A stretch of DNA of 64,000 nt from Longimicrobiales bacterium (GTDB lineage: Bacteria; Gemmatimonadota; Gemmatimonadetes; Longimicrobiales; Gaopeijiaceae): assembly GCA_965238005.1 (NCBI GenBank), contig OZ250165.1, positions 1,120,001-1,184,000 of the forward strand. The letters run 5' to 3'. A program made the translations under genes and the position numbers. The notes under the pieces were generated by a model, which was not told the origin of the DNA, ran no database searches, and worked only from the letters and a program-made list of their open reading frames with translations. Of the stretch, positions 40,184-50,045 are shown piece by piece; positions within the stretch are counted from its first letter, which is position 1, and each line of letters begins with the position of its first letter.

Positions 40184-41518
40184 ATGAAGACGAACAGAAT
40201 ATTGATGCTTGAGGCCACCCTGGCGGGCCTGGTCCTCTTCGCTACGAGCTCCGCGCTCGCCGCACAGGAGAACGCCGAAGTGCGCGGGAGCGACAACATC
40301 GAAGTGGTGGCGCACGTTCCCATGGGGGCGGAGGGGAGCGTGTCCGACATCGAGATCTCCCAGGACATGGACCGTCCCTACGTGTACCTCGGCCGCGAGG
40401 TGTTCGGGGATATCTCAGGGATGGAGCGCGGAATCGACGTCATCGACATCCGTGATCCCGAGAACCCCGAGGTTCTCGTACGGTGGAGGATCGAGGACTC
40501 GGAGCTCCACGTAGGGGCCGGCGGCAAGGACCTCAAGGAGTTCAAGTGGAACGACCGCTACTACGTGGTCCTCTCCACCCAGTTCCGGCAGGGAGGGCCC
40601 GACTACGACCTGGGTGCCATCATCTTCGACGTGACCGGACTCCCGGATGCCTCGACGTTCCGGGAAGTGGCTCGCATCAAGGGTCCCCAGGAGCTGGGGG
40701 GCTTCCACAACATCTTCGTCTACAAGCACAGCAACGGCCGGGTGCTCCTCTTCACGACGACCACGACGCCCTTCTCCCACGTGTACGATCTGGGATACGT
40801 GGTCGAGGGACGGGGCGAAGAGGCCCTGGTGGCCCGGGTGCCCGTCCCGGCTCCCGACGCCCGTAGCTACCACGACTTCTACACCGGGTATCACGCCGAC
40901 AGCGAGCAGGATCGCTTCTACGGTGGCGGCACCGGTGGCTATTACGTCTACAACGTGACCGATCTGGAGAACCCCGAGCTCCTGGTGAGCCTCACCGGCA
41001 TCCAGGGTGTCGAGTACGGTCACACCTTCACGCCTTCGGCGGACGGCCGCTACGCCGTGGCCGAGACCGAGTACCAGTACGCGCCGCTACGTATTTTCGA
41101 CTTGCAGCCGGGGCTGGACGGTGAGGTGGCGAACATCAACCGGCCCATCTCGGCCTGGACGGCCAACTGGGAGCACCTGGTGCACAACCACGAGGTGCGC
41201 TGGCCCTTCGTCTTCGTGTCCGGATACTGGGACGGACTGCAGGTCTTCAGCCTCCAAGACCCCAAGAACCCCAAGACGATCGCGCACTACGACACTTTCC
41301 TCGAGCATGACGAAAGCTCGATCATGAACGGCGCCTGGGGCGTGGACGTGCGCAACGCAGACGGCCTGATCGTGATCTCCGACATGGCGACGGGCTTTTG
41401 GGCATTCCGGATGGAGGGCTTCAGCGGCTGGAACGGCCTGGACTGGGGGCAACCGAACCTCTCCAGCGTCCAGGATTGGGAGAACGGGCCGGCCGTGCAA
41501 GCCCGCACGCGCAACTAG
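40184..41518 (+). CDS. Secreted LVIVD-repeat beta-propeller protein
   Basis: Signal peptide; repeated GIDVIDIRDPENP / GLQVFSLQDPKNP blades; His-bearing FHN, YHD, GHT, VHN. Confidence 0.8.
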   Translation: MKTNRILMLEATLAGLVLFATSSALAAQENAEVRGSDNIEVVAHVPMGAEGSVSDIEISQDMDRPYVYLGREVFGDISGMERGIDVIDIRDPENPEVLVRWRIEDSELHVGAGGKDLKEFKWNDRYYVVLSTQFRQGGPDYDLGAIIFDVTGLPDASTFREVARIKGPQELGGFHNIFVYKHSNGRVLLFTTTTTPFSHVYDLGYVVEGRGEEALVARVPVPAPDARSYHDFYTGYHADSEQDRFYGGGTGGYYVYNVTDLENPELLVSLTGIQGVEYGHTFTPSADGRYAVAETEYQYAPLRIFDLQPGLDGEVANINRPISAWTANWEHLVHNHEVRWPFVFVSGYWDGLQVFSLQDPKNPKTIAHYDTFLEHDESSIMNGAWGVDVRNADGLIVISDMATGFWAFRMEGFSGWNGLDWGQPNLSSVQDWENGPAVQARTRN

Positions 41519-41591
41519 TGGAGGCTGGACAGTCATTTGCTCGCGAAGACGTTGAAGTCTTTCCCTGACGGACCCAATGCTGCGTCCACTA
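41516..41591. repeat. 76-bp TA-flanked inverted-repeat element starting on a TAG stop codon
   Basis: TAGTGGAGGCTG...CTGCGTCCACTA, 10/12 inverted repeat. Confidence 0.45.
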
Positions 41592-41616
41592 TACAGTTAC
41601 GATTGTTTCCACCGAT

Positions 41617-41925
41617 GTGGTCGGGGAGTTGTCCCTGCACGTTCAGGGGGGCATTTCGACTGACCCGGCCGACTTCGATGTATTCCGCGAAACGACCTTT
41701 GGGTCCGGAGGGGCGTTCGGTGCAGGTTTCACGTACGTGATCTACCCGAACGTCGCCATTCGGGGGGACTTCCATTACGCCCCGAAGACCGGACATGAAG
41801 AGTGTTGTTCGGCGCTGCGTCCCGGCGATGGACAGGGGGTTGAGCTACCGGCCAACCCCGCTGCCATCTCCGAGGACGTGGACCTCTACCGCTACTACTA
41901 CGGGGCGAGCGGTCCAGCCAGGTAG
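41617..41925 (+). pseudogene. Possible fragment of an outer-membrane beta-barrel protein
   Basis: Alternating beta-strand pattern (GAFGAGFTYVIYPNVAIRGDFHY, YRYYYGA); no signal peptide or C-terminus. Confidence 0.35.
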
Positions 41926-41960
41926 GCTCTTGGCGCACACACGGTCCCATGGAGGGCCCT

Positions 41961-42320
41961 ATGCAGCACAAGCACGCAGACGACGTCCCGGCGGAGCCCG
42001 TGGGGGCAGGCTCCGGCACCGTTCGGCAGGTTCTCATCAGCCCCGACGAGGGACCCAACTTCGCCATGCGCCGCTTCATCATGGAGGCGGGTGGCGGCAT
42101 GCCGAAGCACACGAACACCGTGGAGCACGAGCAGTATGTGCTTCGGGGCCGTGCCCGCATCGGGATCGGGGACGAGGTCATCGAGGTGAAGCGGGACGAC
42201 GTCCTCTTCATCCCGGCGGGCGTGCCGCACTGGTACGAGTCCCTCGGGCCCGAAGGGTTCGAGTTCCTGTGCGTCGTTCCCAACGGTCCCGATGAGATTC
42301 GGCTCGTCGAGGACGAATAG
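41961..42320 (+). CDS. Cupin domain protein
   Basis: PNFAMRRF, PKHTNTVEHEQYVL, IPAGVPHWY. Confidence 0.88.
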   Translation: MQHKHADDVPAEPVGAGSGTVRQVLISPDEGPNFAMRRFIMEAGGGMPKHTNTVEHEQYVLRGRARIGIGDEVIEVKRDDVLFIPAGVPHWYESLGPEGFEFLCVVPNGPDEIRLVEDE

Positions 42321-42432
42321 GTCGCTGGAGACCCCTCTGCGATTAAGCTCGACCGCGGGCCTTGTGCCCCCCGGTGCCTCCCGCGCAGGTTGGTCCTCTC
42401 GCATGATCCAGTAGCCGCGAACCCGAGGCGAT

Positions 42433-43848
42433 ATGGAGACCATCGGATGGCTCTCGATCCTCCCACCCGTCGTGGCCATCGCGTTGGCCATCAAGACCCG
42501 AGAGGTCTACATCTCCCTCGCCCTGTTCATATGGCTGGGCTGGACCATCCTGAACTCCTGGAATCCGATCCTGGGGCTCGTGGAGGGCGTGAACACCTTC
42601 CTGGCCGCCATCACGAGCCCGGCCAACGCGCGCACCCTGTTCTTCTCGGCCCTGATCGGTGCAATCATCACCCTGACGCAGGCGTCGGGGGGCATGGAAG
42701 GGTTCATCAATTGGGTCGAAGAGCGGCAGCTGGGGAAGAGCCGCCGCACGGTGCGCCTCTTCGGGATCGGGACGAGCATGGTCCTCTTCCTCGAGTCGAA
42801 CTTCGGGCTCCTGGTGGCGGGGGCCGTCTCCCGGCCGCTCTTCGACCGGGTCAAGGTCTCCCGTGAGAAGCTGAGCTACATTCTCGACGCCACCTGCGCC
42901 CCCAAGCAGCTCCTCATCCCCATCAATGCGTGGGGCGCCTACATCGTCACGCTGCTGGCGGCGCAGAACGTGCCCGAGCCCAACCGGGCTCTGATTTCGG
43001 CATTGACGCTCAACTTCTACGCGATCCTGGCCATCATCCTGGTCTTCTTCGTGGGGGTCACCGACTGGAACATAGGGCCCATGCGTGAGGCCGAGCGCCG
43101 CATCCGGGAGGAGGGCAAGCTCCTGAGGGACGGCGCCGAGCCCATGATGTCGTCCGACGTCAGCATGCTTGCGGCGAAGGAGGGTGTGCCGAAGCGGGCG
43201 ATAAACATGCTTCTCCCCATCATCGCCATGGTTGCGACGGTCCCATACGTGCTCTGGCTCACAGGTGACGGCGTGATCCTGAACGGCAGCGGGTCCGACG
43301 CCGTGCTCTGGGGCGTCATCGTGGGCATCCTTCTGGGTGCCGTCATGTACCGGCTTCAAGGGATCATGACGTTCCGCGAGGTGACGAGCTACACCATCAA
43401 GGGCATCCAGGGGCTGACCCCGGTGGTCATCGTCCTGGCCCTGGCTTTCTCCATCGCGGGAACCCAGCAGGCACTGGGGACGGGCATCTGGCTGGCTCAG
43501 GTTGCCCAGGCCAGCGTGAACCCGGGCTTCGTGCCGGCCATCCTCTTCGTCATCGCGTGCATCATGGCCTTCTCCACCGGAACGTCCTGGGGGACCTTCG
43601 CCATCATGATCCCGATCGTAGTGCCCATGGCCGAGCTCCTGGATCTACACCTGGGCCTCACGTTGGCGGCGGCCCTTGGCGGGGGGATCTTCGGGGATCA
43701 CTGCTCGCCCATCTCGGACAGCACCATCGTGGCCTCAATGGCGTCGGCCACGGACCACATCGACCACGTTCGGACGCAGCTCCCCTACGCGGTCCTGGCG
43801 GCGGCGGGTGCGCTTGTGCTCTTCCTGGGAGCCGGCTTCGTCCTGTAG
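42433..43848 (+). CDS. NhaC-family antiporter / amino acid transporter
   Basis: SILPPVVAI, SREKLSYILD, FSTGTSWGT, GDHCSPISD, DHVRTQLPY. Confidence 0.9.
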   Translation: METIGWLSILPPVVAIALAIKTREVYISLALFIWLGWTILNSWNPILGLVEGVNTFLAAITSPANARTLFFSALIGAIITLTQASGGMEGFINWVEERQLGKSRRTVRLFGIGTSMVLFLESNFGLLVAGAVSRPLFDRVKVSREKLSYILDATCAPKQLLIPINAWGAYIVTLLAAQNVPEPNRALISALTLNFYAILAIILVFFVGVTDWNIGPMREAERRIREEGKLLRDGAEPMMSSDVSMLAAKEGVPKRAINMLLPIIAMVATVPYVLWLTGDGVILNGSGSDAVLWGVIVGILLGAVMYRLQGIMTFREVTSYTIKGIQGLTPVVIVLALAFSIAGTQQALGTGIWLAQVAQASVNPGFVPAILFVIACIMAFSTGTSWGTFAIMIPIVVPMAELLDLHLGLTLAAALGGGIFGDHCSPISDSTIVASMASATDHIDHVRTQLPYAVLAAAGALVLFLGAGFVL

Positions 43849-44121
43849 CGCACCCGCACATAAGTACGCTTGCATTGATCTCGCTGCGCTCGATCGTCTC
43901 GCGGTCGACTCGCCGCTCACGACGAGCATGAAGGTCGCTCGGCTCGAGGACCGCTGCATCCCGACCGACGGCGTTGCTCGTCGTCGCGGTTAACAATCGC
44001 GAAGCGCATTGTCGCGCTGCTAATCCTCCTCCTCGCGCCTGACCCACGCCTCCGGCGCGGGTGCCCCGGATCGGGCGCTTCGGCCCTCTCGGTGCGTAAC
44101 CGTACTTATGTACGGGCGCAC
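43848..44121. mobile_element. 274-bp MITE with terminal inverted repeats, flanked by TA
   Basis: GCGCACCCGCACATAAGTACG...CGTACTTATGTACGGGCGCAC, 18/21 inverted repeat. TA at 43846-47 and 44122-23; non-coding; internal segments recur at 22115 and 27670. Confidence 0.8.
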
Positions 44122-44130
44122 TAGGCGGCC

Positions 44131-45405
44131 CTACCGGCGGTACATGATCCTCCAGATCCGTCCTCCGGCGTCGGCTGACACGTAGACCGAGCCGTCGGGG
44201 GCCTGGGCGAGACCCACCGGCCGGCTGTTCACGCTCCTGAAGCCGTCGGCGAAGACCTCGTAGCCTCCTGCGGCCAGGTCGCCGTTCAGGGGAAGGAACG
44301 TGATGTTGTAGCCGGCCTGTGGCTCGGGATCCCGGTTCCACGATCCGTGGAAGGAGACGAAGACGCCGCTCCGGTATCGGTCCGGAAACTGCTCTCCCGT
44401 ATAGAAGAGAAGTCCGTCGGGAGCCCAGTGACCCGGGAAGCCGAAGATGGGATCCTTGGCCGACTGGCAACGACCCCGCACCGTCCCGTCACCACCATAT
44501 TCGGGGGCCAGCACCTTCCGACGCTCCAGGGGGTCGTGGAAGCAGTACGGCCAGCCGAAATCGTCGCCCCGCTCGATGCGGATGAATTCCTCCCCCGGTT
44601 TCTCCGCTCCGGCTATCCGGTCGAAGTACTGTGGCCAGCTCTGGAAGAGCCGGTCCCGGCCGTGCACCACGGCATAGAGGCCCCCGCTCGTCGGGTGCAA
44701 CCCGAGGGCCACGGCGTTCCGGATCCCCGTGCCATACCGTTCCCCATCGGCCTGGGTCTGGCCGAGGCGGTCCGCGTCGAACCTCCACACTCCGGCCCTT
44801 CGCTCCAGCTCGGGGCAGGGGTCCAGACCCTCGTTGTTGGAGCGGAGGGAGCAAACGTTCGACGGCGAGCCGATGTTGACGAACAGGTTGCCCCGATCGT
44901 CGATGGCGATCGTCTTGGCGCGATGGCTGCCGGTGGCCGGGAGCCCCGAGACGACGGTCTCCGGCGAACCTGCCGGCTCGAGTCTGCCCGCGGGCAGCCG
45001 ATAGCGGACCACCCGGTCGTCGGGCGCGAAGTACAGGTAGCCGTCGTGGAGGAGGATTCCTGTCCCGCCGGCATCTCCGAACGTGGCCCTTTGGTCGGCC
45101 CGGCCGTCACCGTCCGTGTCCCGGAGGGCTACGACACCCCCGCCTCCACTCCTCCTCACTCCTAGCGTCGCCACGAAGAGATCGCCGTTGGGCGCCACGG
45201 CCATGTGGCGCGGTCCCGCGAGGTCTTCCGCCACCACGACGGCGCAGAAGCCGTCCGGGAGGGTCAGCCCTCCGTTGTTCCGCGAGCACTCCTGTGCCGC
45301 CGCCGACGCTCCGGCCGTGGCCAGTGCCATTACGGCGGCCGAGGCGGCGCTCGCCACACGAATCCCATGGCCTAGCGATCGCCGCTCTGACTCGCTCATG
45401 CCCAT
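44131..45405 (-). CDS. PQQ-dependent sugar / sorbosone dehydrogenase family protein, secreted
   Basis: LPDGF, PRHMAV, GIRNAV, DFGWPYC, HWAP.G, FHGSWNR, RPVG...DGSVYVS. Confidence 0.88.
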   Translation of the reverse strand: MGMSESERRSLGHGIRVASAASAAVMALATAGASAAAQECSRNNGGLTLPDGFCAVVVAEDLAGPRHMAVAPNGDLFVATLGVRRSGGGGVVALRDTDGDGRADQRATFGDAGGTGILLHDGYLYFAPDDRVVRYRLPAGRLEPAGSPETVVSGLPATGSHRAKTIAIDDRGNLFVNIGSPSNVCSLRSNNEGLDPCPELERRAGVWRFDADRLGQTQADGERYGTGIRNAVALGLHPTSGGLYAVVHGRDRLFQSWPQYFDRIAGAEKPGEEFIRIERGDDFGWPYCFHDPLERRKVLAPEYGGDGTVRGRCQSAKDPIFGFPGHWAPDGLLFYTGEQFPDRYRSGVFVSFHGSWNRDPEPQAGYNITFLPLNGDLAAGGYEVFADGFRSVNSRPVGLAQAPDGSVYVSADAGGRIWRIMYRR

Positions 45406-45556
45406 CGTCCTACCCTCGTCCTCGATGGTTCCGGACTCCCGATGATTCCGGTACCGGACAAGGTGCGTGGGGCGGTCGGCGATGAGCAAGACGGCGACGG
45501 CGCAAAGCCGCCGGGGGTCGGAACGGCCGCCCCCGAAGCGCCAGCGGGTTTCCGAG

Positions 45557-47428
45557 CTACCGGCTCCGGTTCTCAAGGAAGATCACGCCGCCGGCGAGCC
45601 CCCCCGAGAAGACGTCGAGATCGCCGTCCCCGTCGATGTCCACGACCGAAGGCGTAGAGTAGTTGGGAAGCGAAAGCGTGAATGTCGAGTCCTGGACAAA
45701 CACCGGATCGCTAGTGCGGCCCTCCCGGAGAAACAGGAGCACCCCACCGGACTCCCGGCCGAGGAGGAGATCTTCGTCGCCGTCCCCGTCCATGTCGGCG
45801 AAGGCAGGGAAGCTCCTACGCCCGGCGTCGATCTCCAAGAAATTGTCGCTCACCAGCTCGAAGGAGGGTGCTTGAGGCGTCCCCACGTTGCGGTAGAAGT
45901 TGAGCTCGCCCGAAGATTCTCCGATGAAGAGATCCAGGTCGCCGTCCCCGTCCACGTCGGTGAGGGCCGGCGCGCTGTTGCTCCCCCGGGTGAGCTTCAC
46001 GAGGGTCGTGTCCGCCAGGACGAAATTGGGCTGATGGCGGGAGCCCTCGTTCATATAGAGGGCCACCCCCTTGTTCCAGGTGCCCAGCAGCATGTCCAGA
46101 TCGCCGTCGTCGTCCAGGTCGCCCATTGCCGGGGCGTAGTGGTACATGGTGAAGAGCTCGATCCGCTCCCGCTCCCGGAAGGATGGGGCCTGGGCCGACC
46201 CCACGTTCTCAAAGCGGTACATCCGCGCGGTGCGGTTGTCGTTCGGGTCGAGCTTGTTGGACACGAGAAGGTCCAGATCCCCGTCCCCGTCCAGATCCGC
46301 GAATGTCGGGATGCTCTCACTCCCCACGTCCAACGCGTAGATGAAGCGCTCGCTGCGTCGGACGAAGCGGCGGTCCACCTGCTCGTAGAAGAGGAAGTTC
46401 CGGATCGTGGTCAGGTTGGGGTTGAAGGCACCGCCCAATACACCGACGAAGAGGTCCAGGTCGCCGTCGTCGTCGATGTCCGCCAGTGTGGCGACGTTGT
46501 ATCCGCTCGTCGAAAGAGAGTCTTCGACCTCGAAGGGGAAGGGCTCGCCGAGGAGGATGGGGTTGCTGCAGGATCCGGTGTTCTCGAGGTACAGGAGGCT
46601 GGGCTCGAAGAAGTCACCCCAAAAGAAGTCGAGGTCTCCGTCGTCGTCCAGGTCTGCGAAGGCCATGGAGTTAGCGCCGTGGAGGCTGCCGAACTGAGCC
46701 ACGATCTCGATGCCCTGGAATCGGTCCTCCACGAACCGGAAGAGGGGGGCACCGTCGGCCGACGTGGTCGACGTCTCGTATCGGCTGATGGTCCCGTCCA
46801 CGCGCCCCAGGAAGAGATCCCAGCTCCCGTCACAGTCGATGTCGTTGAGGCTCGGGATGTTCTGGCGGTCGGCGAACACGGGCTTGTTGTCGACGTCGCG
46901 GACCGAGTCACCCACGGGAAGGAGTGCGACACGCTGAGAAGTGCCCTCGTTCCGGAAGTACTGCACGTAGCTGAACGGCCGCTCGGCGAGCAGGTCCAGG
47001 TCGCCGTCCCGGTCGAAGTCGAGGAATCGACTCCACTCCCCGATCTCCAGATCCTGATACCGGTCCGTGCGCCATACGAAGCGGGCCTCCTCTGCCGTTC
47101 CCACGTTCTCGAAGTGCATGAGCTCGCCTGTGCGCTCCTGGAGGAACAGATCCAGGTCTCCGTCCCCATCCAGGTCGGCGAACTGGGGACGCGGCACGTT
47201 GAAGCCGCCCAGGAGGGGGAATTCGTACGCCCGACCATTCTCGTCCAGGATCTGGAAGGCGTCCACCACACGCACAAAGCCGCCCGACTCCTGCTCTTCC
47301 CCCCCCGTGAGCCCGGTCGGTGCCACGGGGGCCGGGGGGCCATAGCTCACACAGCTCGTGATCGCCAGGGCGCCGAAGGCCCAAAGGGCCACTCGGCGAC
47401 CGGCCGATGTTACCGAAACATCCGTCAT
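45557..47428 (-). CDS. FG-GAP/VCBS-repeat lipoprotein
   Basis: About ten D-x-D-x-D-G-D-L-D Ca-binding repeats; lipobox-like LAITSC. Confidence 0.88.
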   Translation of the reverse strand: MTDVSVTSAGRRVALWAFGALAITSCVSYGPPAPVAPTGLTGGEEQESGGFVRVVDAFQILDENGRAYEFPLLGGFNVPRPQFADLDGDGDLDLFLQERTGELMHFENVGTAEEARFVWRTDRYQDLEIGEWSRFLDFDRDGDLDLLAERPFSYVQYFRNEGTSQRVALLPVGDSVRDVDNKPVFADRQNIPSLNDIDCDGSWDLFLGRVDGTISRYETSTTSADGAPLFRFVEDRFQGIEIVAQFGSLHGANSMAFADLDDDGDLDFFWGDFFEPSLLYLENTGSCSNPILLGEPFPFEVEDSLSTSGYNVATLADIDDDGDLDLFVGVLGGAFNPNLTTIRNFLFYEQVDRRFVRRSERFIYALDVGSESIPTFADLDGDGDLDLLVSNKLDPNDNRTARMYRFENVGSAQAPSFRERERIELFTMYHYAPAMGDLDDDGDLDMLLGTWNKGVALYMNEGSRHQPNFVLADTTLVKLTRGSNSAPALTDVDGDGDLDLFIGESSGELNFYRNVGTPQAPSFELVSDNFLEIDAGRRSFPAFADMDGDGDEDLLLGRESGGVLLFLREGRTSDPVFVQDSTFTLSLPNYSTPSVVDIDGDGDLDVFSGGLAGGVIFLENRSR

Positions 47429-47450
47429 CGTGCTCTGTCCCACCGTCGGC

Positions 47451-49826
47451 TCAGGTGATGGGCTGCCTCTTCTTCAGGAGGAACAGGCCCTCGTTGCCAC
47501 TGGTGACGATCACCACACCACTCTGGAAGTAGGGATAGTTGCTCCAGGAGCCTCGCATACCCGCCGAGTTGTCTCCGTACGGCACGGTGTCGAAATACCC
47601 GATCTCCACGGGATTCTCGGGATCACTGACGTCGAGCACGCGCAGTCCGCTGCGGTAGTTGGACTGGTACATGATGTTGCCGCGAATGTACAGGTTGTGG
47701 TCGGTGGCCTCTTGAGTGCCGAAGTGCTCCTTCACCAGCTGCGGGTCGTCCAGATCTGAAACGTCCCACACCAGGGTCCGGGTCCTGGGCTGTCCGTTGA
47801 TCTCGTCCCCCTCGTCGTTCATGTAGTAGTAGCGGTGATCCTCGGTGAGCCAGCCCTGGTGGGTGTAGGCCACGCTGGGATAGCTGGCCCGGGAGAGGGC
47901 CACCGTGTTGGACGGATCCGTCACGTCGGCGATGCTCAGGGCCGTCTCGTTGGCGCCCATGCAGATCTGCTTGCCGGCGTGCTCCTCATCCGGTCCTGCG
48001 TAGGTGACGCACTGTGCGTCGTGGGTGTAGCCCGTGCTGGCCCGGCCGGTCTCGACGTCGGCGAAACAGCCAGCGAACGTGGGACTCTGGGGCTCCTGGA
48101 TGTTGATGATGTGGAGGCCACCGCCGCACGTCTCGCCCCCGCTCCGGTTGCCCACGCTGTAGGCGAAGCCGGACTCCTCGTTGATGACGATGTTGTGGGC
48201 GCTGGCGATGCCGTCGTAGTGGGCAGTCTCCTCGAAGGTGACAGGCTCCGTGACGTCTCGGAGCTGGGTCAGGTCGAACACCTGAACTCCGTGCTGGCCC
48301 GCGCCGTCGGCCACGATGAAGGCGTGGTCCTTGTAGACCTTGATGTCGGTCCACGTGCTCGGATTCGAGCCCTCGGGCCGGAGGAGCTGGCCGAGGTAAC
48401 GGGGATTGAGGGGGTCGCTGATGTCCACGAACGCAGATCCGTCGCGGCGACCCACCAGGGCGTACTCGCGTCCGGTCTGCGGATCCGTCCAACCCCAGAC
48501 GTCGTTCACAGTGACCCCCCGGGGTGCCATGTCCTTGATGGGCATGAAGGACACCAGATCGTAGTCGTCGCAGTCGAAGGCGGAGGCCACGCCGGACGTG
48601 CAGTCGACCTGCCCGCCGCTCACGGCATCGAAGCCCTCAAGCTCGCCCATGACCGACTCCGCCATCTCCCACCCGTCAGCGCCTCGCTCGTAGATGGTGG
48701 CGGTGCCGGTTCCGAAGTGGGCACCGGTGACGCCGATCACGGCGATGTCGCCATCGATTGCAATGGTGCTGGCGAAGGCGTCATCCGCCTTCTCACCAGT
48801 TGCGAGCTTGGCGGCCGCGTCCCAGCCGTCGGCGACGCTTCCCGACATGACGTACGCGGCCCCCCGGCCGCCGCTGGCTCTCGGCGCCCCGATCCAGGCT
48901 TCCTCGTCCGTGATGGCCACCGCCGAGCCGAAGCCGTCCTGCTGGAAACCGTCGAAGGGGACGAGATGACCACTGGGGCTCCACTCTCCTTGCGAGGCAT
49001 CGTACTGGAATGCGAACACGGCTGCCTGGCCCCGATCGCGGCCCGGTGCGGAGATCAGCGCCTGGTCGGCCACCACGGTCACCGACGATCCGAAGAGGTC
49101 GTTGGGGCCGGTTCCCTGGGCGGCCAGCATGCCCGACTGCTCCCAGCCGGCACCGGTGCTGTGGAACGCGTAGACGGCTCCCGTACTATCGACGGCGGGA
49201 GCGCCCACGAGGATCTCGTCCCCGTGCACCGCCACGCTCGTGCCGAATCCCGTGCCTTCCTCGCCGCTCGTGATCGTGGCCTGGGATGTCCAGGCGCCAC
49301 CGGCGTTGGTGAAGACGTGAGCCGCCCCCTGACCCGTGTACTGAACCTGGCGGCTACGAGCCCTTTGGCCCGGAGCACCCACCACTGCCACTCCGCCGCC
49401 CAAGGCGAGCGCCGTTCCGAAGTTGGTGCTGGGGGCCACATCTTCTGCCGTCAGGCGGCCCACCTCCCGCCAGTCTCCGGAGCCCGTTCGCTCGAACACG
49501 TAGAGGGCTCCTGCACCGTCGTTTTGATTGATGGCACTGACCATCATGGTAGAGCCGTCCGCGGCGATGGCGGCACCAAAGCCGTCTCCCGAGAAGGCGT
49601 CGGAGGCCTGAAGGCGTCCGGCCTCCATCCAGCCGTCCGCCCCTCGGCGGTACAGATACACGGTCCCGGGCGTGATGACGTTACTCCCCACACCGACCAG
49701 GACGTCACCCCCGCTCACCGCTACCGCACGGCCGTACCCCTGGCCCCGACCCTGGGCCATGGCCGAAGGCGCACCCATGGCTAGCGTGGCCAGAATCACC
49801 AAAAAGCTGTAACCAAACCGTCTCAT
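47451..49826 (-). CDS. Choice-of-anchor B family protein with N-terminal FG-GAP repeats
   Basis: Signal peptide; FG.AVA repeats; NDVWGWTD, AHN, THDAQC, YTHQGW, DHNLY, WSNYPYF. Confidence 0.88.
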   Translation of the reverse strand: MRRFGYSFLVILATLAMGAPSAMAQGRGQGYGRAVAVSGGDVLVGVGSNVITPGTVYLYRRGADGWMEAGRLQASDAFSGDGFGAAIAADGSTMMVSAINQNDGAGALYVFERTGSGDWREVGRLTAEDVAPSTNFGTALALGGGVAVVGAPGQRARSRQVQYTGQGAAHVFTNAGGAWTSQATITSGEEGTGFGTSVAVHGDEILVGAPAVDSTGAVYAFHSTGAGWEQSGMLAAQGTGPNDLFGSSVTVVADQALISAPGRDRGQAAVFAFQYDASQGEWSPSGHLVPFDGFQQDGFGSAVAITDEEAWIGAPRASGGRGAAYVMSGSVADGWDAAAKLATGEKADDAFASTIAIDGDIAVIGVTGAHFGTGTATIYERGADGWEMAESVMGELEGFDAVSGGQVDCTSGVASAFDCDDYDLVSFMPIKDMAPRGVTVNDVWGWTDPQTGREYALVGRRDGSAFVDISDPLNPRYLGQLLRPEGSNPSTWTDIKVYKDHAFIVADGAGQHGVQVFDLTQLRDVTEPVTFEETAHYDGIASAHNIVINEESGFAYSVGNRSGGETCGGGLHIINIQEPQSPTFAGCFADVETGRASTGYTHDAQCVTYAGPDEEHAGKQICMGANETALSIADVTDPSNTVALSRASYPSVAYTHQGWLTEDHRYYYMNDEGDEINGQPRTRTLVWDVSDLDDPQLVKEHFGTQEATDHNLYIRGNIMYQSNYRSGLRVLDVSDPENPVEIGYFDTVPYGDNSAGMRGSWSNYPYFQSGVVIVTSGNEGLFLLKKRQPIT

Positions 49827-50045
49827 GACATACCTCACAACGAGTTGAAGGAAATCGTGGTCCAACAATACTAGCAGAAGTAACATCCTGGGAAGTCAAC
49901 GTCCTAGAGAAGTGTGGGGAGTTGGGCAAGGGGTGGGAAGTTAGGCAAGGGATGGAACTTTCCTCCTCTTGTCCACCCGTATGGTATATAGGTGTGTGCC
50001 CACGAAGGAGCATGTTTGACCGATGACGAGAGACCGGAGCATCCA

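Noticed and set aside
45467..49784. Long plus-strand ORFs (663 aa and 649 aa) and similar long antisense ORFs elsewhere
   Set aside because: Shadow frames of high-GC genes on the opposite strand, with no recognisable motifs.
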